This document shows positions 13,046-25,106 of a stretch of 56,308 nucleotides of DNA, piece after piece; position 1 is the first letter of the stretch, and every line of letters starts with the position of its first letter. This DNA is from Octopus bimaculoides. Lineage: Eukaryota. The stretch covers positions 69,593,211-69,649,518 of the forward strand of contig NC_068981.1 of the NCBI RefSeq assembly GCF_001194135.2. Direction: 5' to 3'. Both the position numbers and the translations under genes were made by a program. The notes beneath the pieces are model-generated. The model was not told the DNA's origin. It saw only the letters and a list, made by a program, of their open reading frames with translations, and made no database searches.

Positions 13046-13318
13046 TATATAAGTTCAAAAAGAGGAAAAGGACAAAAAATCAACAACAAAAAACAACAAC
13101 GTGAGGACATGATACAGATCGGAAACAAGTCCAAAGAAGGGAAAAACGGAGGAAGAAAAAAAATCCCCACCGATGTCCACGAAGAGCTCCGCTCGAAATG
13201 TCATACTCTCTCTCTGTCCTTTCCCGAGCGTCTAGTAACACTATCTGTATCACGTCCTCACGTTGTTGTTTTTTGTTGTTGTTATTTTTTGTCCTTTTCC
13301 TTTTTTTGAACTTATATA
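13046..13318. mobile_element. Fold-back element with ~75-bp near-perfect inverted arms
   Basis: Left arm 13046-13119 (TATATAAGTTCAAAAAGAGGAAAAGGAC...GTGAGGACATGATACAGAT) is the reverse complement of right arm 13243-13318, with a few substitutions and a small indel. Spacer about 123 bp. Confidence 0.9.
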
Positions 13319-13453
13319 ACGTACGCTCACACGGATCCCGGCCTTTCAACTGGATTTGGAGTACCCAATTGCTGGAATTTTCGTACCTCGGATTACTGTT
13401 CCTGTTGGACTACTGTACCTGTTGGATCACACCTTCCTTGCACCTTGATTGAT

Positions 13454-13485
<32 letters not shown>

Positions 13486-13682
13486 AAGAGAGAGAAAGAG
13501 CGACAGACAGACGGAGAGACAAACAGAAAGACGTTTTCCTTAAAAAAGCGGTGCACAGTAGCAGAGTTTTTGAGTCGAGTTAAATGTAACAAACTATTAT
13601 AAATCGTTGTTTGTATATCCGAATAAATGGACAGAAAACAAGCTATTTAGTACTAGCATTTAGTAGTATCAGCGGTTAGAAC

Positions 13683-13915
13683 GTACTTATACATACATAT
13701 AGACACATATAGACACATATAGATACATGTGTACAATCGTACATACNNNNNNNNNNNNNNNNNNNNNNNNNNNNNNNNNNNNNNNNNNNNNNNNNNNNNN
13801 NNNNNNNNNNNNNNNNNNNNNNNNNNNNNNNNNNNNNNNNNNNNNNNNNNNNNNNNNNNNNNNNNNNNNNNNNNNNATATATATATATATATATATAACC
13901 ACACACACACACATC
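13683..13915. repeat. Compound repeat: ATAGACACAT 10-mers, N-gap 13747-13876, (TA)n(CA)n
   Basis: Direct read. Confidence 0.92.
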
Positions 13916-16900
13916 TATATACATAGTCTGTGAACCCTTGTGAAACGGGCATCTCATTTTCCTTTTCTTCTTAAAAGTATATTTAAAAGTGTATATTAAA
14001 ATGTATAGATGCATCGAATATTGATTACCGGAATATATTTCACTTTGTAATCTGTTACACTGAAAAAAATATTAGATAAAATTTATTAGGATACAGCACT
14101 GTATAAAATCAATTTTTAAATCTTTTACTGGAATTATTCTTCAAACCAGTATATAGCTTTTCATTTATTGAATACGAAGAGACTAATTGCTAATTATGTT
14201 ACACAAAATTGTAAATTAAAAGATTAAAACCCTTGCAACGATTGAAAAATATTATTTGAGGAAATGAATTGTAAGATACGAGAAGCATATTACTGTAGAC
14301 AAAAGTAAATGTAATATTACCACTAACATAAAAGTTATCAGCATTTATCCGAACACATGCGTACATACATTTATAGCTAGATACATACATACATTCATAT
14401 ATATAAGCTTACATATACATACACACACGTATATACACAAACATATTTTATATGCGTATACACACACATTCACGCATACACATATACATATATATATTAT
14501 TTAGGTGGATTATTCGCAATTTACAACCACAGGGCACAAGCATAGACGGCACTAAAGTGACTGAGAGCGCTAGTCAGCACCAGTATTGCTAGAGATAATA
14601 GTCAGAACAACTCTTAACCACGGGGAAGCACTTATCTAATGACTGATATGTATGTGTGTGCGTGTGTGTGTGTCTGTTTGCGTGTTCGTTTGTGTGTGTG
14701 TGTGTCCCCTTTAGTAGTCAACTTGGAAATTTCATTCTAGTCTCAGAAATCATCACAAAGGTCCACATATTATAGTATCCCAAGATATGCGCGATTCTTT
14801 TTAATTGATTTATTTTGGCAATGTATTCTTGAAAATTATATCCTATATCTGTTTCTATTCATTGGAGGTGATAGTAATCTACTACATATTTTTTTCTAAC
14901 ACTAATAGCTTCTTGCAAATAATTTTTCTTCCGTAGGTATTTGTCAGAAAAATGCTTTCCATTGTTTGTCAAAAATTCTATGAACTGTTTTCAGAATAAT
15001 ATTATATCGCTTCCATACTAATTTGATTACTACATGCAGGTTTTCATAATCCATTGTTATAAATTTAACTGATGGTTGTGTATTGCCAATATTTGCAGGT
15101 CCATAGAGGGAAATATTACTACACATGATATTGGACATCATTAGGAGAGCAAGAAAATTGGTAATGTTGAGGAAAAGTCTAAGCATATATAAATATGTCT
15201 AAAGGGAGACATATGAGTGTGTAGGGAACTCTTGAAATGTTTATTCCCAATTAAAGGAGATCGACATTAATGCAAATAAACGCGAGTCCTTCATTCGTAG
15301 GGTAGCGACACCGCGGGCGAATCATAGTACCGCTCATTAAAATTTGGTACACCTATATGTCGTGTTAGTATAGGCGGAGATTCAATGCTATGAGGTATTT
15401 ACGATTGGCAAATGCATCTCAATGTCTCTATCACTTTATGTCACACTCTTGATTCCCGAAATTTTATAAATTATAACTATTGTTCTCCAGAGGTATATTA
15501 TGTCATGTTTTTCCTCTGAAAATGTTAATAGAGAACATATTTCATGTGTCTTGTATTTTATTCTTCTCTTGTTTGTGGAATATCATTAATACATAACTGA
15601 TAAAATTCACATTGTTTTATTTATTTTTGGTCAAGACAAAATGTATGTATGCATGTTATTTAGAGACTTGTCTAGACTTATATGATATATATTATTTATG
15701 TTTGTCAAACATTTGGAAGCATTCGCGTGTCTGAGAATGATTTTATGCAAACCATTCAGATGGTAGTTGCGGAGGAGCTCAGTGATGTATCTGATGCCTA
15801 GACCTCGTCCGTAATACTCCTGCATGGAGATTACTTGCTTTTTGTACAATTTCAATAACAGTTGACAGCTAAAGAATCCCCTGGCTCTCAAGGGAAGGAC
15901 CGGTCGTTGGGATGCAATCTTAACTTATGAAGAATATTGCTTCCTCAGGAGAGATATTCAGCAGTATCAACACACAGCTGATAGATCAATTATATATGCT
16001 GTCACTGGGTCTTGTTCAAGAAACTTGAAGTTATATTTCCTTTCTAACAATTTTACTACAAAGCATTATCGTACAAATAGCACTTCTGACCTTGGAGTTT
16101 ATCATATACGGCAGAAAATTTCTATGACAATTTCATATAATTTGAGAGCTACGAACTATTACGAAAGGCAATAGAATATTTTAGGATATGATACCTATTA
16201 ACATGTAGTAAAGAAAAATATACAAACAATGTTTACATGTAATCAATAGTAAATTTCCAGTACAGATTATTTACGATTTTCACCATAATATTACATATAT
16301 TACATAATTCTAGCATAACTTTCGGCATTGTGCATCACATTTTATATAGCAATACTTATGACCCCCTCGATGAACATATTTTTAGTTATATATTTGCTGT
16401 TTATAGGATAAAGAAAGTTCTAAAATATTTAATGACATTGTTTTAAAAGCACACTATATCTCACGTCACTTTATGCCTAATACTCACGGAAAATAGAAGC
16501 CTTTATTCTGCTATTATAATAAATAAGGACAAGTTATTTATCTCACGTACTTGTTCCTTCCATAGAGTAAATTGTCTAACATTTCAAATTAAAAGTGTTT
16601 ATCTCTCATGGAGAGCCTTGCTGCAACGTTGCAAAATGTCTTGGTAAGTAGAGGCAGATGAAGTGTAAGAGGTTACATTAATGTACAGTCCAGTATCAAG
16701 TAAATTATTGCAATATATTTACACGCACGATGTATCTGAAAGAACTTCTAAACATCTACTCATTTATTCTGCTTTTCTTTCATCCGTTAACCGACTATTA
16801 TGTTTCCAATATCATACGCAAATACACGCATTAGCGAATTGTTGTTTCTTCAATCTTAAATCAATAGGATCGATGACTTCAATACAAGGAATTTCAAAAT

Positions 16901-17629
16901 AATACTTAGCTATTCAGTAGATTTTTATTTCTTTCTTCACTATTAAAATGAAAATTGTTTTCCACTGCCATTTTCTAAGACACTTCAATCTCGTGATTTG
17001 TATACTATTTTCAATATCATTTGTATCTGATTTAATTAATGTATACTGTTAAAATAATACGCCACATATCAACCATAAAATTCAGTATACTCATGAAATG
17101 TACTTTATTTGTTAGGTCATCTAAGTATAAAACTATGTTAAACCTACTTCAGTTATATGACACAAATACTGTTCGGTTGTTTTCTCTTAAAACTGATAAT
17201 TCTCAATAATGATGTTTAAACTAAGAGTTCTTTATAATGGTCAGTCGAAAAGGAGGGTCAGATCTGGAGCCAATGAGGAATTTGTCCCAGAACATTAATG
17301 GTATAAGTGAGAAGACATGTCAAAGAGTAGCATAAAATCTAAACTTTCGAGTATCGATTCCAAGTATCTTACGAAACATCAACAGTCAATATGAATAACA
17401 TATTAGTTTAATTACGGTGAAGAAATTTTGCAGATGTTTTTGTGCCTATTATTGTGCTACTAAGAAGCTATGTCTGCTCCATTATGTTTAAATTTTATGT
17501 AACCATTGACCATAGACAAAGGTGTATACTTTTCAAAATTGTCCTCTCCAGGATAAATTAAGGAATGTTTAAAACTGAATATATGGAATAACAAAAAATA
17601 TTGTATTTTAATACAATGCCTGATAAAAT

Positions 17630-17688
17630 GCAAAGTCGACTTCGCTAAGCATTTTGCAGAGCCTGCTAACGATTCTGCCAGCTCGCAG
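17630..17688 (-). mobile_element. Internally deleted SINE head fragment (family of 12054-12277)
   Basis: GCAAAGTCGACTT joined directly to CGCTAAGCATTTTGC..TGCTAACGATTCTGCCAGCTCGC, so the middle of the head is missing. Confidence 0.75.
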
Positions 17689-17759
17689 CTTTTGATTAGG
17701 TTATGATATTAGTCGAACATTATCCTGCATATATATGGGAGTGATTAATATGCACTTAC

Positions 17760-17905
17760 CCTCTCTTTCTCTCTCACTCTCTCACTCTCTCTCTATCCCT
17801 CTCTCTCTCTATCCCTCTCTCTCTATCCCTCTCTCTCTATCCCTCTCTCTCTATCCCTCTCTCTCTATCCCTCTCTCAATATATATATATACCCCCTCTC
17901 TCTCT
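17760..17905. repeat. CT-rich repeat with recurring CTCTCTCTATCC units
   Basis: About six ATCC-punctuated (CT) runs, direct read. Confidence 0.93.
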
Positions 17906-19410
17906 CTTAATCATAAAGCGACTTTTCTATCATGAATATCGTGGGAAACAATATTGGATCCAGGCTTCCAACGGTGCTGACGGGATGCGATATGAAACGC
18001 TACCAAGTGGTTTATTATCATGAAAAGCATCTGATCTTAGAAGTGAAATGACTTGAGTACCATATATGAACTGATTTGTTAGTGTGAGGCAACACATGAA
18101 CGACTACTTAAGATATTATCCTTAAAAATGAAAGAGTACTGGAGAATGATAAATAAATCAATGACAGCTCTCTAGTACATATGGTTATACAATAGCAGTA
18201 GTGAGAGCAAATACCCAAACAACTGACACAAATTGTGTGCTTACTAACGTTTGTTTCCGAAATAGTTAAACAATTTGTAGTGAAAATAACAGGTCACTAT
18301 TTTGAAAGATGAGAGGTAATAATAATGATAAAGACTGCGTGATATATTTCTCTAGAGCAAGAAGAAGACAATAGACTATCAAAGTGAGGAAAGATCTTTG
18401 GGTCACTCTTTGAAGGATACAGAAGAGGTAAACTTAAAGCCAGATTTTGGACATGTTGTTGCTCTTGTCCAAGCGATCACATCGTTTGAACCAAACATGA
18501 TTTGACTGCTAACTATACCAACACTAGTCATTGAGGTTAAACGAGCATACGGCCCTGTGTCTGGCCGGAGAAAGACAATATGAATGTTAATGTACTGAGA
18601 ACAATTGCAAAGATGTTTGAGAGCAAGTTACACATTTTTGTAGTAGGTGAAAAGTTACAGCTTGCCGTATATAGTTGACTGACTGAGAATTTTTTTAATG
18701 CACATATGCCAGCAAAAATGTTCCATGAAAACAGATTAACTTTTCAGAAGAAATGTCCGTTAAGACTCACGTGAAATATGATAAAAAACATTTAGTGAAA
18801 TGTTCTCTGTATCTTAGATGACACACTTAATCAATCACACATGCTAGTGAAAGTGATATTTCAAAGAAGCAGCATTTGACTTTCATTTCACACTTAAATA
18901 TTCATCTTCCCTAAACTCAAAATTAGCTGAAAGAAATTTCTAACCTTTGCCCGGTGCTTTTGTAGATCTAGTAATGATTTAAACCTGAAAGGGCTGGTTA
19001 TGTTCCTCTTAGTCATTATCTGAAATAAGTTACCAGCAATTTTGACAGCGGTATATTTGAAATTTTACGGTTATAAAAAAATCCGCTTACAATAATATAC
19101 AAGGATTAATACTTGATAAAATTATATGATGTCATAAACGAAATAGGAATTCAACGTTTACGTCAAGTTCATTTATGAATGCAAAGAACATCCAGTTGAA
19201 AAACGTGACGTTCATGCAGAAGAGTTCGTGGCATTGTCTATAAATATATAGATTATGATTCTCTATATACAACGCTAATTATATTTCGAGACTAGTTCAA
19301 TATTTTCATAATAAACTCAAAACAATTCAGACTCTTCTAGGTCAGATCAACTCGAATCTATCTAGTTTGCTTGATATATTTTGCAATATCAAGTGTGACA
19401 GCTGATATTT

Positions 19411-19414
<4 letters not shown>

Positions 19415-19445
<31 letters not shown>

Positions 19446-19453
19446 GCACATAT

Positions 19454-19484
<31 letters not shown>

Positions 19485-19486
19485 TA

Positions 19487-19532
<46 letters not shown>
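19415..19532. repeat. Interrupted (TA)n microsatellite
   Basis: Direct read. Confidence 0.97.
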
Positions 19533-19534
<2 letters not shown>

Positions 19535-20329
19535 TACACATGGAAGGAGAGAGAGACGATTACACTACGAAATCGCGCCATTGTATTAATAAATAAGACA
19601 AAAGGGAAACTGAACGGGCATGTATTTGCTACTATCGATGTTACCTACATTATCTAAGGTCAGAATGAATTCCTGCTGACATATTCTAATACTCATCAAC
19701 ACGGCTTAATTACCAAATTCTAGCAACCGGGGAAATGAAAATGGATTTTACAGGCAATGAGATCGTAAACTACGCCAAATTGCGATTTCCGCGCGCGAAT
19801 ATTCCGAAAGAAATAATATGAGATTTTCTTGACAAATAGGTCGGCAGCATTTCTTCGTGCTAAGGATTGAGCCTCATATTTTCCTTAATTGTAGATGATA
19901 CTGACCATCTTGTGTGCACCAACTGTTGTTTTAGCACAATCATCAGTATTAAATCTGAGAAGGTTTCGATGAACTCCCTAAAACAATCCGAATGCATATC
20001 ACCAAAATAATATTCGATTTTGCAGACGAAAGAAAGCAGGTCAAGCTGGAGCAGATTTCGTGGCTCCTAGAAGGAGAAACAGGAATTAGACTATGTGCTC
20101 AAAAGTCTTTGGACAGTCATAACAGAAATAAATGTATCCATTCTCTAACATCGCACCATATTTACATGTATAGGTCTTCGAATCTCGATAAATTATCTGC
20201 ATTTACAGATATGTACCGGCTTGAACGGAACTGAACAACCCTAAGCAATACAAACTGTCTGCATAATTCTAACAACATCTAAATACATATTTTTTATACA
20301 AAGTTAGACGTAACCCGAGAGTTCATATA

Positions 20330-20440
20330 TACATACATACAAATATACATACACACATATATATATACAAGCATACATACATACACACGCACGCACGCAC
20401 ACACACACACACGCGCGCACGCACACGCACACACACATAT

Positions 20441-20471
<31 letters not shown>
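20330..20471. repeat. Compound (CATA)/(CA)/(CGCA)/(TTTA)n microsatellite
   Basis: Direct read. The (TTTA)n block 20439-20471 abuts the 3' end of the minus-strand SINE and may be its tail. Confidence 0.95.
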
Positions 20472-20925
20472 TGGGTTTCAACCAAGTGGCTGCGGTCATG
20501 CATATGATCAACTTTCATCTACTATTTGTTTCTGTCAATAGACTGCGGCGATGGTGGATCATTATTTTAAAGACTTTCTTTGTCGAATATACTCAGCCCG
20601 AGTATATGTAACTTTATTAAGGCCCGGTGCTTATTCTAAGGGTCCACATTATTTTCACCGAATTGCTAATTTACGGAAGATTAAACGCACCAACAGCAAG
20701 TGACAAGCGATGATAAGGACCAACTCAAACACAAAGACACGTACAGCCGCCCACACATATTCATACACGTATACACGTTCGACATCTTTCAGTTTCCGTT
20801 TCCCAAACCCACTTGCAACGCTTTGCTCAGACTGAGGTTTTAGCAGGTGAGACACGTCGAAGCTGCAACGCAGTGAGAATGGAACAGAGCATTCTATTTG
20901 GGATACAAATCTCTTACCACACACA
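20472..20925 (-). mobile_element. Old full-length copy of the microsatellite-containing SINE
   Basis: 20785-20925 is the reverse complement of the 35227-35378 head (CTTTCAGTTTCCGT..CCAAACCCAC..CGCAGTG..CTTACCACAC). A short CA-rich spacer follows, then body and tail collinear with 35520-35705. Confidence 0.75.
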
Positions 20926-21229
20926 CACGACTGCCTCTATAGTCACACCTCTATCTGTGTATACAAACACACACATACACACGCGCGCGCACACACACAC
21001 GCATATATATACATACACACAACCCACCGGTGCATATAAAATATACACATAAGGTACAAATAATAATCACACATAAAAACATTCACATACTTCCCTTGTA
21101 CACGTACACACATGCACATATATATTCACACAGAGTTGAAACGCTGATTTTTTTCACTCTTTTTCTTTCTCCTATTGCTATTAATTTCTCTCACTCTCTC
21201 AGTCAGGGATAGAGACTTAGAAATAATAA

Positions 21230-21230
<1 letters not shown>

Positions 21231-21309
<79 letters not shown>

Positions 21310-21375
21310 TATATACATCCATGCATTCATGCATGCATAAATACATTCATTCATTCATACGTACATACATGCATA
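21231..21375. repeat. (CT)n(TA)n followed by (CAT/CATA)-rich repeat
   Basis: Direct read. Confidence 0.96.
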
Positions 21376-21389
21376 CTCATCAACATGGT

Positions 21390-22284
21390 GTCGATTACAG
21401 ACAGACATGTTCGCAAAGAGGAATAGACTACTGTTATAAAAAGCTCACATTCTCCAGGGAAATTCTCACGAATCCCTTTATAAAAGAGGAATGGACACTG
21501 AGCTAGAGATAACGGATTGGCTAACGATTGCACGGGCTACTGTTATCCCCCAAATGAACGACTTGTGTGGCGCAACACTATAAGCCCATAGCATGCTTGA
21601 ATGTTACGTACAAACTGTGCACCGGTTGTCTGAGTATATTCCTCCATGGTCACTGCCAAACAAATAGTCTGATAATTCATTTATAGGCAGAATGAAAGAA
21701 AGAAATCTGGTGCTGTGCAAAACAGTTCATCCTCAACAAATTGTCCTTAAGGTATCCAAACAACATCACCGTAATCTCTTAATCATATAGCAAGAAGGTG
21801 TTCAACGCACTCATCGCTCACTCATGTGACTTCCTTGTGGGTGCTAAAATCACTATATCTTGCGTAGGCACCGCCTGCTATAGTAAATACAATTGAAATA
21901 CTGGCCACCCCTTGGTCCACAAAGTTATCACTGGCAACAACTAAAGCAACACCTATTATTGCAAACAGAATTAACGTATCAACAGGTATATTCCAGTGCG
22001 ATAGTTTACCTCTATGGTTATTTGTACTGGCTGTGAATCTCTTGTCAGCACTGTTAACAGAATGTCAGGGATAAGTGTAGGGATATGCAGAAAAGAATAC
22101 AATCAATGCTACACACACATTTTTTGTTGATGATCTAAATTTATATCTTGGTAATATGGTCAACATCAAGAGATACTTAGAACTAATCACAAAACTCACA
22201 CGAGACAGAGGAATGGAATTTGGACAAGATAGATACTCATACATTATAGTCAACCGAACAAAGATTGTTGACCAGCCAGAGTAC

Positions 22285-22327
<43 letters not shown>

Positions 22328-23400
22328 TGGTTTGTCTGTTTTACCTATCTCTAATGATGAGAATGTTTCATATGTTGGTGCTATGGCTAAAGCCAGAATA
22401 AAAAAAGAGTACCTCCTGGAGACTCCGGAAAATATGGAACTCTGAGCTATCTGCATTTACCAAGACCGTATCCCATCATGCGTTTGCAATACCAGTGCTA
22501 GTACCAACATTTGGATATTAGACTGGACACTCTTCCACATTAACAGCGACAATGATAGGATTTATGTGTGACGAAGTGATGTCGTTAGATGTATAAGTTT
22601 AGTCCAAACACCCTTTGGGTGTCTCATTGTATAACTCAGACATCTTCTCTACAGTAAAGAAAGAAATAAGTACATACCATGTATACTCAAAAGTGAGAAT
22701 AACAAATTCAGAGTCGAAGAGTAACTACTGCACAGGTACGCTAAGAATACAACTGCCTCATGATACTGAAATGAGGCTTGACTGGCCTTCTAAAACAGAA
22801 GCCCGGAGGAGAAGCCTAGGTCGTACCAGCAAAAGGCAAGGCATGAATTCATATCCTTAAACTCGAGGGCAACAGTGATATTCACAAGAAGAGTAGCTTC
22901 TGGATCTGCAGTAGATATATTTCATCCCTGCTAGAAGGGTATGCTCTCGCTATCCGGAAACACGAAGTAGCTACTAGATACCTTATAGATAAGAGGGACA
23001 AGGATACCACCAAACGTCCACGTACTGATAAACGAGTATCGGCTCTGCTACACCAGTGTCGAAGATATCACCTACATCATCAGCATAATATAGATGCAAA
23101 CATATTTAAAATATTATCTGAAGGAAGGACGGCCCGGATGTATACATCAAAGACATGTCAGAACCAGCCGGTATTCACATCTTACATAAAGAAGGAATAC
23201 TAGTGGAATACCCCAATTAAATCATTAATTCGGTGCAAACATAGCAAACCTGATGTTTTTTTTTTTTTTCTGTGGGACAGGGAACAAAAGTTATGCACTG
23301 TTATAGAGGTCAGCTGCCCAGCAGATGAGAACATTTATGGCGAATTAATGCAGAATTTACATGTTTTGTATTCTAACTATGAATTTTCGTTATTACCTAC
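21390..23400 (+). mobile_element. R4/Dong-like RLE non-LTR retrotransposon remnant (RT to endonuclease), subfamily A
   Basis: Collinear motifs: YKPIACLNVTYKL, GIFQCDSL..LFVLAVN (cf. GIFQGDSLSP), FFVDDLNLY, GMEFGQD, RKIWNSELS..HHAFAIPVLVPTFG, EGYALAI..HEVAT, KHSKPD..WD..CTVIEVSCPAD..ENIYG. Many frameshifts; (TA)n at 22282-22324. Confidence 0.85.
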
Positions 23401-23717
23401 CATTTACCCACGAATTTGCACAAAAACCTAAAAATACTCGGTTCCACGGAGGAAGAGCAAATCAAACGGACGAATTTATCAGTAGAATAGTGAAGATTTC
23501 TAAGAAATTCCCCAAACACTCTAGCTGAGATTTTATGTGAATAGATGCACACACTTGAGTGCATATATTGGCAGTTCAAGCGATACACCAACTCACCCAC
23601 ATATTTACGTACACCGGGCGTCCTCTTGGATCAAAAGGTTTTGTCGTTTTGTTAGCGACCGGCTTAAACTCTTTGAAGAGGAAACATACGTGCATGCATA
23701 CATACGTACATACCTGC

Positions 23718-23749
<32 letters not shown>

Positions 23750-24276
23750 CTGCACGGCATTTGCCTGTATGAAGCGGAAAACCTACGTGTGTGTATTATA
23801 TGCATAATGACTCTTGCAAGATACAAAACAAATGTTTCAACACATCAAGAATATTGCAAAACGAATGAAAAGAAAATTTTAGTGTGTTTGAAATAGCAAC
23901 ACACTGTCTGTTTTTATTTAATTGCATTATTGTCACCTCTACTTCGGCAATATCTTTGTTGGACATATCAATGAATAACTGGATTTTATAAATCTGACTT
24001 GAAATTCAACGTAAAACGCGTTTACCATTATATATTGTATAGGGAAGCCAACTTTATGATATAGCTATTATAGCCGAAATGTGGCAGCTAATTTATGTGG
24101 AAAGTCTTTTTTTTTAATTCGCTTTATAGCAGTGTACGAACCTTCCAGTTTAATGAAGGAGTAAATACGAAAAAATATATTTGTTATAAAACGAACCAAA
24201 TAAAAAATAGATTAGATTTTATTCCGTGACATGAGAATATATTGATTTTATTTCTGTTATTCTGTGTTGGTATATG

Positions 24277-24618
24277 TTACGTTGGCACTCCGTCGGTTAC
24301 GACGACGAGGGTTCCACTTGATCTGATCAACGGAACAGACTGCTCGTGAAATTAACGTGCAAGTGGCCGAGCACTCCACAGACATTTGTACCCTTAATGT
24401 AGTTCTCGGGGAGATTCAGCGTGACACAGAGTGTGACATGGCTGACCGCTTGAAATACAAAAGTACAGAAACAGGAAGAAATAGTGTGAGAAAATTGCGG
24501 TGAAAGAGTACAGCGGGTTTCACCACCACCACCCCTGCCGACGCCCGGTTTCGGAATCGAAATCGCGATCCTACGACTGCGAGACTGCTGCCCTAACCAC
24601 TGGGCCATTGTGTATCTC
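24277..24618 (-). mobile_element. tRNA-derived SINE (tRNA-Arg-like head), a third SINE family
   Basis: Minus strand begins GTGGAGATACACAA-TGGCCCAGTGG (box A)-TTAGGGCAGCAGTCTCGCAGTCG..GATTTCGATTCC (box B-like), with TCG in the anticodon-equivalent position. Well-preserved body ending ..GGAACCCTCGTCGTCGTAACCGACGGAGTGCCAAC. Octopus OR1/OR2 SINEs are known to be tRNA-Arg-derived; exact family unverified. Confidence 0.85.
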
Positions 24619-24635
24619 CACGAATGATATATATT

Positions 24636-24765
24636 GTTGATATATATTGTTCTACTATTTGTTGATATATATTGTTCTACTATTTGTTGATATATATTAT
24701 TCTACTATTTGCTGACGTATGCTGTTCTACTATATATTATCGATATATATGTTTCTACTATTAGT
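24636..24765. repeat. 25-bp minisatellite, about 5 units (GTTGATATATATTGTTCTACTATTT)
   Basis: Unit starts at 24636, 24661, 24686 and 24711, then a degenerate fifth unit. Confidence 0.93.
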
Positions 24766-25069
24766 TGTATGCAGCAAATAGCTTTGCTATGCACGAAGCG
24801 ACAAAGTGATCCATGTCTAGTAGATCTGAAATCAAAATGTTTGTTGCGAGTTTATCTAGCTTTTCGCTCTGTTCTGCAGTTATATTAAAACTATATTATG
24901 TATTTTCAGTTGTGATTACTGTGCAACAAAATAGATAAACTTTATCCAAATATTTCGATTTTCTTCATATTATAATAACTTCGGTGAAGGCTTCAATGCT
25001 CACATCACGTGCGCAATTAAATGACTACATATGTTCCGCGTATAATAATAGTCGAAACATGTCTGGAGA

Positions 25070-25106
<37 letters not shown>

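Noticed and set aside
14510-14760. Further very old SINE copies (also 42940-43015, 43220-43290, 45480-45510)
   Set aside because: Only short patches of resemblance; cannot be delimited without alignment.
18050-18700. Possible very old LINE fragment (KEYWRMIN, GEDN-like)
   Set aside because: Motifs are too weak and not clearly collinear.
24540-24618. tRNA-Arg gene
   Set aside because: A and B boxes are present but there is no closing acceptor stem, and the sequence continues into a SINE body.
24636-24765. CRISPR-like array
   Set aside because: Head-to-tail tandem units without unique spacers, no cas genes, eukaryotic context.
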